DNA of 64,000 nucleotides from a virus: IMG/VR virus record IMGVR_UViG_3300045988_179014, positions 224,001 to 288,000 of that record; one strand, 5' to 3'. Shown piece by piece: positions 59,625 to 64,000 of this stretch (position 1 is its first letter; each line of letters starts with the position of its first letter). The notes under the pieces were generated by a model. It saw only the letters and a program-made list of their open reading frames with translations, ran no database searches and was not told where the DNA came from. The position numbers and the translations under genes were made by a program.

Positions 59625-60815
59625 TCATCGTCTTGAAGAACGCCAAGAACCAGTCAACTTCCTGGCGGTATCAGTAATGGTTGCAATTTGTTCCTGAGTC
59701 AATCCAAACATTTTGTACAATTGTGGTTCCAATGGGCGGTTCCAACGAATGTGTGGATTGTCGCTGGAATAATCACCCAAGTCCGGAACAAAAACACCCC
59801 AACGAGCTGATTTTCCACCACGACTTTCCTCCAACAAATACCTTACAAAATCAGTGTCAATATAAGCTTTGTAATTGTTGGCTTCTTCCTTGGTCGCAAA
59901 AGTCCCCACCATGAGCCAAGAAGCACCAACAATATGCTCATTGTCAACAACACGATAACTGGAAGTGGCAGGACGTTTACTTATCTGCCCTTGAGAGGAC
60001 AGAACTTTCCATGATTCCATCAACTGGGTTTTTTCTGAAGTCCAATCCAAGAGAGAACCATCAATCCAATACTCCTGAACCCGTTTCTGTTTACCTGGAA
60101 TATTGTTCCCCAAGTAAGCACGAACTGGACGAATGAAACGACCAGACCCTTCATGTATATTTCTCACTGCATCAGGATTCTGCTCCACCCAATTAGTGGG
60201 AAGACCAAACGCATTCACTTTGCAACGTCGCATGCTCACACTGTTGTAACCTTGTGCAAAAATTGTTTCCACAATATTCACAGCATCCCGGCTCAATGGC
60301 AGAATCTCTTTGTTTTTTGGGCGATTGACAGCGATTCCGTTAAGTTCTAAATGATTTGGTGTTTCATTGTTATTGTTCACAGTGACAACAGCGACCCCAT
60401 CCGGAATCGCCACACCTGGAAACAATGGGACCACAGAGCTTTCTTCACCATGAGGAAACCAGTCAATACTGATAGCAGATGAAAAAATGCGATTGGCAAC
60501 ACCATCATATCCTTTAGCGCGCTGCATCCAACGCCCCCCAGGAATAATTACCGAACCATGAATGCCCACATCAGCCACCAAATCATAAAAACACGGGAAA
60601 ACACTGACCACATTACTGTCCCGACCTGATGTTGTTGGGGTACCAGTTGAATACTGATACGGTGGGTTGCTCGCTACAAAAGTATAATCAATGCTGTTGT
60701 CATTTTCCATGAGTTTCAGAGCTTCTTCAATCTGCCCGTTCAGCAGTAGAGTAGCTTTCTCCTCAACCGTCAAAGTGTTCATACTGTAGCTCCTTGACTT
60801 GGTTTCAACACCCAT
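59625..60815 (-). CDS. DNA methyltransferase (N6A/N4C type, beta-like order with NPPY motif IV near the N-terminus)
   Basis: FVASNPPYQYS motif IV. Confidence 0.5.
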   Translation of the reverse strand: MGVETKSRSYSMNTLTVEEKATLLLNGQIEEALKLMENDNSIDYTFVASNPPYQYSTGTPTTSGRDSNVVSVFPCFYDLVADVGIHGSVIIPGGRWMQRAKGYDGVANRIFSSAISIDWFPHGEESSVVPLFPGVAIPDGVAVVTVNNNNETPNHLELNGIAVNRPKNKEILPLSRDAVNIVETIFAQGYNSVSMRRCKVNAFGLPTNWVEQNPDAVRNIHEGSGRFIRPVRAYLGNNIPGKQKRVQEYWIDGSLLDWTSEKTQLMESWKVLSSQGQISKRPATSSYRVVDNEHIVGASWLMVGTFATKEEANNYKAYIDTDFVRYLLEESRGGKSARWGVFVPDLGDYSSDNPHIRWNRPLEPQLYKMFGLTQEQIATITDTARKLTGSWRSSRR

Positions 60816-63800
60816 GCCATCAAACGCCTCATTTCTTCTTCAGACAATTTGCGTTTAACACCTGTATTGGTTGACACTTCAGCACACCTCAATGAACGTT
60901 GAATCTCCACCATATCCACTACTGTAATATTCAAGTCATAATCTTTACACCCTGCCAATACACGTTGCGCTATGGCTCTACCCTGTTGACTACGAGAATT
61001 CACGAAAACCCTGTTCTCAACAATTTGTTTCCAGAGTTTGCGTTGAGCAACAGAATCCATGTCACGAACTGTTTTACCTGATTTCTGAATTTCATGCATA
61101 AACATGTTCAAGGCGGCATACAACGGATAAAGGCCGGTTTTGGAGCTTGGGTCAAAGAATGTGGTGCTGTCCTGTCCCCACAAAACATCGTATTCGTCAT
61201 TCCCTGTATGATTCCATTGAGGTTCTGGTTTCAACACCCCTTGACTGGAAACCACATCATCCCAGGAGTGCGTATTACCATCAGAGCAGTACCAGTTGCC
61301 TGTATCATCAACGAACCGAATCCCGTTGAAAGCATTCCCCATGTGCCTGTTCACAACCGCCCATGGAGTCAGTACAGTTTCACGGTCAGGATTACGGAAA
61401 CTGGTAAACAGCTGTGTCAAATGTGCCGCTCGTTCCAGTGGGTCACAAGCATCTAAATCCAACACCTGTTCTCTCATCTTCGCACAAGCCCCATTGAAAA
61501 CATCAACATCAAAATATGCCTTCACCACATCCCACATGTTCCGAGTAAACCCCTGAGGCATGAACTCGTCCCATGAAGTATCATCAATATGGGTAGCAAA
61601 ATTGTCAACTGTAAGAGGTTCTTTAGCTTCACTGGCAAAAATGAGCAAAGGAAGCCGCGAAGCAACAGCACGCAGAGTTTCCAAAATCAATTGCGCATTT
61701 TGCTGGTCTTTAGCTTTGCTCTCATATGCATTGTTCACATCTGCATTGGTAACAGATTCATCACCTTCCAACAGCAGAATCCGTTTTCCTTTACGTGTCA
61801 GTTTGGACGCTGCAATACTGATTTCTTTTTTGGAGCTGTTGATGTTCAATGCTTGACGAATATCCTCCAGCTCTTTTGCTTGGGCCTTAGTTATGTCATG
61901 AATATTCAGGTCAAACAGTTTCCGGTGTGTAAAACCAGAGGAAACAATTTCAGCAATGAATACACGACGTAGTTCTTGCAACAAACTGTCAACATCATGT
62001 TTCACAAATCGTGCACCGTCATAGGAAATGATGGGCATATATGTCAACATGTCACCCAACACAGATGATTCTCTGTCATCTTTGTTCCTGTTCTTCTGTG
62101 CAATACCACTGGCGGTTTTCTCCAACATTTTCAATGAACGGTCTGGTGCGAAGTCGAAAACATACCCAACCTCTTTCTGACGCCCATCAGCCAAACTACC
62201 AACTGATTTGACCCGGAAAATGGTCTGCATATACTGGAGAGGTGAAGCCATGTTGCTGAGCATGAAAACAGCCGTCCACTCAGGTACAGTGGTTCCAGTA
62301 GTCAGTTTTTGCGCGGACAATGTGATAGTGCGTTCATTTTTGCGAATCGCTTCTTTAACTGCCAACAACGCGTCTCCGCCATCATTGTCACCTGTTGCAT
62401 TCACCACTGCAAATTCTGGATGTTGTGCTGCCAACATTTCATGCAATGCCACACATGCATCCACCGATGGCAACATCCAAAACGTATGAGCAAAATCAAC
62501 TTTCGAATTGTTCCGGCTGAAAGGGAACAATTTATGGTCATCTTCATACTCATCATTGTAGAATATGAGGTTCAATAATTTTGCCACATCTCGTGGGTTC
62601 TTGAACGGAGAAAAACTGTCATATACTCGTCCTTGAACTGAACGATTTTTGTCTATTTCAAAAAACTTTGCAAAACTGAAGTTGATTTTGCCATTTTCGA
62701 ACGCATCGGCTACATCTGGGTTTTTGAGAGTGTCCAGAATGTCGTAGTGTCGGATTTCAATTCGTGGCAGCATTCCATATGGATTAACTTCTCCCGGGTA
62801 TGGAACAGGGGCATGTTCTCCCAGTTCGTCCCATTGTTTACGAGCCAATTCCCAACGCTCTGAGGCACGCTGTTCATCAATATAATCCCAGTTGAAAACT
62901 TTATCATCAAATTCGTCAATGATGTTGAAAGGCGTTCCTGATAAATACAACCAGTAACGCCCCTGTAAGTTGTTCGCCAAACGTTCCGCAATTGGAGTTT
63001 TTGTTCCCTCATGACCCTCGTCCACAATAATCAAATCAAATTGCGTTGAGAACAGTTGAGCATTCTTTTCAAAAACGTTCTCTATTTCAACAGAATCCTT
63101 GTTTGCTTCATCATTGACTCCAAACGACCCTCGAAGGTCTTGGATAGATGCAAAATAGTAGAATGGTTTTTCGCGGTCCAGTGAATCCCATGAAACCCCG
63201 TACAGATTTTGTTTAGCACCGAACTGCCAATCAGATTTAGCCCCATACATTTTACGGAAATCTTCACTCCATCCAGCTGCAACCACAGGACGATGAGTGA
63301 TGATGAGAACTTTGCTTACATCCGGCATGGATTGCACCAGACTGTAGGATGTAAGCGTCTTCCCAAAACGCATGATGGCATTCCACAGGAACTTTTTGGG
63401 GCGTTCTACCGTACCTGACCGAAATATTTGTAGTGTTTCCGCTACTGCTCGTTTTTGTTCTGGACGTAAAACGATTTGTAGGGGCTTCTCGTCCATGTTG
63501 TCAATGAATGATTTGCGACCCTGTACTGCTTTGAATGCTTCAATGGCATTGTTCAGAGAAACCTCAAACCACTCTCCCGCGTTCTTGTCTTGACGGATGA
63601 ATCGTTTTGAAAACCCTGACCGCAACAAAACTTCATGCACTTGGTAATCCCTGAACGCTTCATAACGTCCTGGAACTGAACTGGAGCGAATACTGAGTGC
63701 CGTAAAAAGCAGTTCATATTTGACGTCAGCCGTTTTTGTCTGCTCGTCAATACGTGCTCGGGCTGCGGATTCAATTTCAGGCGATGAAATCAAATCCCCA

Positions 63801-63967
63801 TCAACCACTGTGGCTTCAGCTCGAATCTCTTCCAATATTTTAGAAGTGTGGTAAGTCGCATCCCCAATCTTCAACCGTCCTTGATGGTCCTGGTCGTTGA
63901 TTGTATATATGTATAAAACCTTATAACTACCTGGAGACAAAGCTGTGTCCAGAATCGTAGCCGTCAT
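60779..63967 (-). CDS. SF2 DEAD/DEAH-box helicase (restriction Res-subunit-like) with N-terminal GIY-YIG/T5orf172-like nuclease domain
   Basis: KVLYIYT...GRLKIGDAT (GIY...YIG-like) at the N-terminus; LIIVDEGHEG (motif II DEGH); helicase motifs. Confidence 0.5.
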   Translation of the reverse strand: MTATILDTALSPGSYKVLYIYTINDQDHQGRLKIGDATYHTSKILEEIRAEATVVDGDLISSPEIESAARARIDEQTKTADVKYELLFTALSIRSSSVPGRYEAFRDYQVHEVLLRSGFSKRFIRQDKNAGEWFEVSLNNAIEAFKAVQGRKSFIDNMDEKPLQIVLRPEQKRAVAETLQIFRSGTVERPKKFLWNAIMRFGKTLTSYSLVQSMPDVSKVLIITHRPVVAAGWSEDFRKMYGAKSDWQFGAKQNLYGVSWDSLDREKPFYYFASIQDLRGSFGVNDEANKDSVEIENVFEKNAQLFSTQFDLIIVDEGHEGTKTPIAERLANNLQGRYWLYLSGTPFNIIDEFDDKVFNWDYIDEQRASERWELARKQWDELGEHAPVPYPGEVNPYGMLPRIEIRHYDILDTLKNPDVADAFENGKINFSFAKFFEIDKNRSVQGRVYDSFSPFKNPRDVAKLLNLIFYNDEYEDDHKLFPFSRNNSKVDFAHTFWMLPSVDACVALHEMLAAQHPEFAVVNATGDNDGGDALLAVKEAIRKNERTITLSAQKLTTGTTVPEWTAVFMLSNMASPLQYMQTIFRVKSVGSLADGRQKEVGYVFDFAPDRSLKMLEKTASGIAQKNRNKDDRESSVLGDMLTYMPIISYDGARFVKHDVDSLLQELRRVFIAEIVSSGFTHRKLFDLNIHDITKAQAKELEDIRQALNINSSKKEISIAASKLTRKGKRILLLEGDESVTNADVNNAYESKAKDQQNAQLILETLRAVASRLPLLIFASEAKEPLTVDNFATHIDDTSWDEFMPQGFTRNMWDVVKAYFDVDVFNGACAKMREQVLDLDACDPLERAAHLTQLFTSFRNPDRETVLTPWAVVNRHMGNAFNGIRFVDDTGNWYCSDGNTHSWDDVVSSQGVLKPEPQWNHTGNDEYDVLWGQDSTTFFDPSSKTGLYPLYAALNMFMHEIQKSGKTVRDMDSVAQRKLWKQIVENRVFVNSRSQQGRAIAQRVLAGCKDYDLNITVVDMVEIQRSLRCAEVSTNTGVKRKLSEEEMRRLMAWVLKPSQGATV

Positions 63968-64000
63968 AAGGTATTCTCCTCTTAGTTGGTTGCATATTTA

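Overview
This 64-kb window is gene-dense (about 42% GC by eye), mostly minus-strand coding, with many short paralogous ORFs, one suppressor-type tRNA and no rRNA, CRISPR array or recognisable virion structural genes. All calls are from reading the translations, with no searches run. It looks like a phage (possibly jumbo-phage) or large mobile-element accessory region, but a host chromosomal island cannot be excluded. Recognisable content: (i) an NAD+-salvage and ADP-ribose block (NUDIX, PncA, PncB, ADP-ribosylglycohydrolase, Tpt1/KptA, three tandem R-S-E ADP-ribosyltransferases, a possible PARP-like domain); (ii) an RNA/nucleotide-repair set (T4-like polynucleotide kinase-phosphatase, a 2H phosphoesterase, several DEDD exonucleases, a YqaJ-DEDD fusion); (iii) a complete tellurite-resistance-type stress cluster (3x TerD, TerC, TelA, vWA/TerY-like, kinase-like) fused to the Ter-associated biosynthetic module (PRTase, HpcH/CitE-like, HAD, ATP-grasp) and here also a PurA (adenylosuccinate synthetase) homolog; (iv) DNA-metabolism genes (RecN, NucS, dCMP deaminase, an apparently orphan RNR beta subunit) and a methyltransferase plus nuclease-helicase pair at the right edge. 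The most unusual signal is a roughly 45-aa N-terminal Cys/His module (Y-H-x..G-x3-C-x-A-x4-C-P..H-F..EEAQxAYExxM) heading at least eight otherwise unrelated proteins whose C-terminal domains include DEDD exonuclease, 2H phosphoesterase, SpoT-like HD hydrolase, ArdC-like metallopeptidase, MTase-like and PARP-like folds. This looks like a polymorphic effector family with a shared targeting or adaptor head. Other notable items: a four-member family sharing a C-terminal tail motif, a standalone IF3 C-terminal-domain-like miniprotein, an amber-suppressor-type tRNA (anticodon CUA), and a roughly 150-bp repeat present three times that carries an intrinsic terminator.
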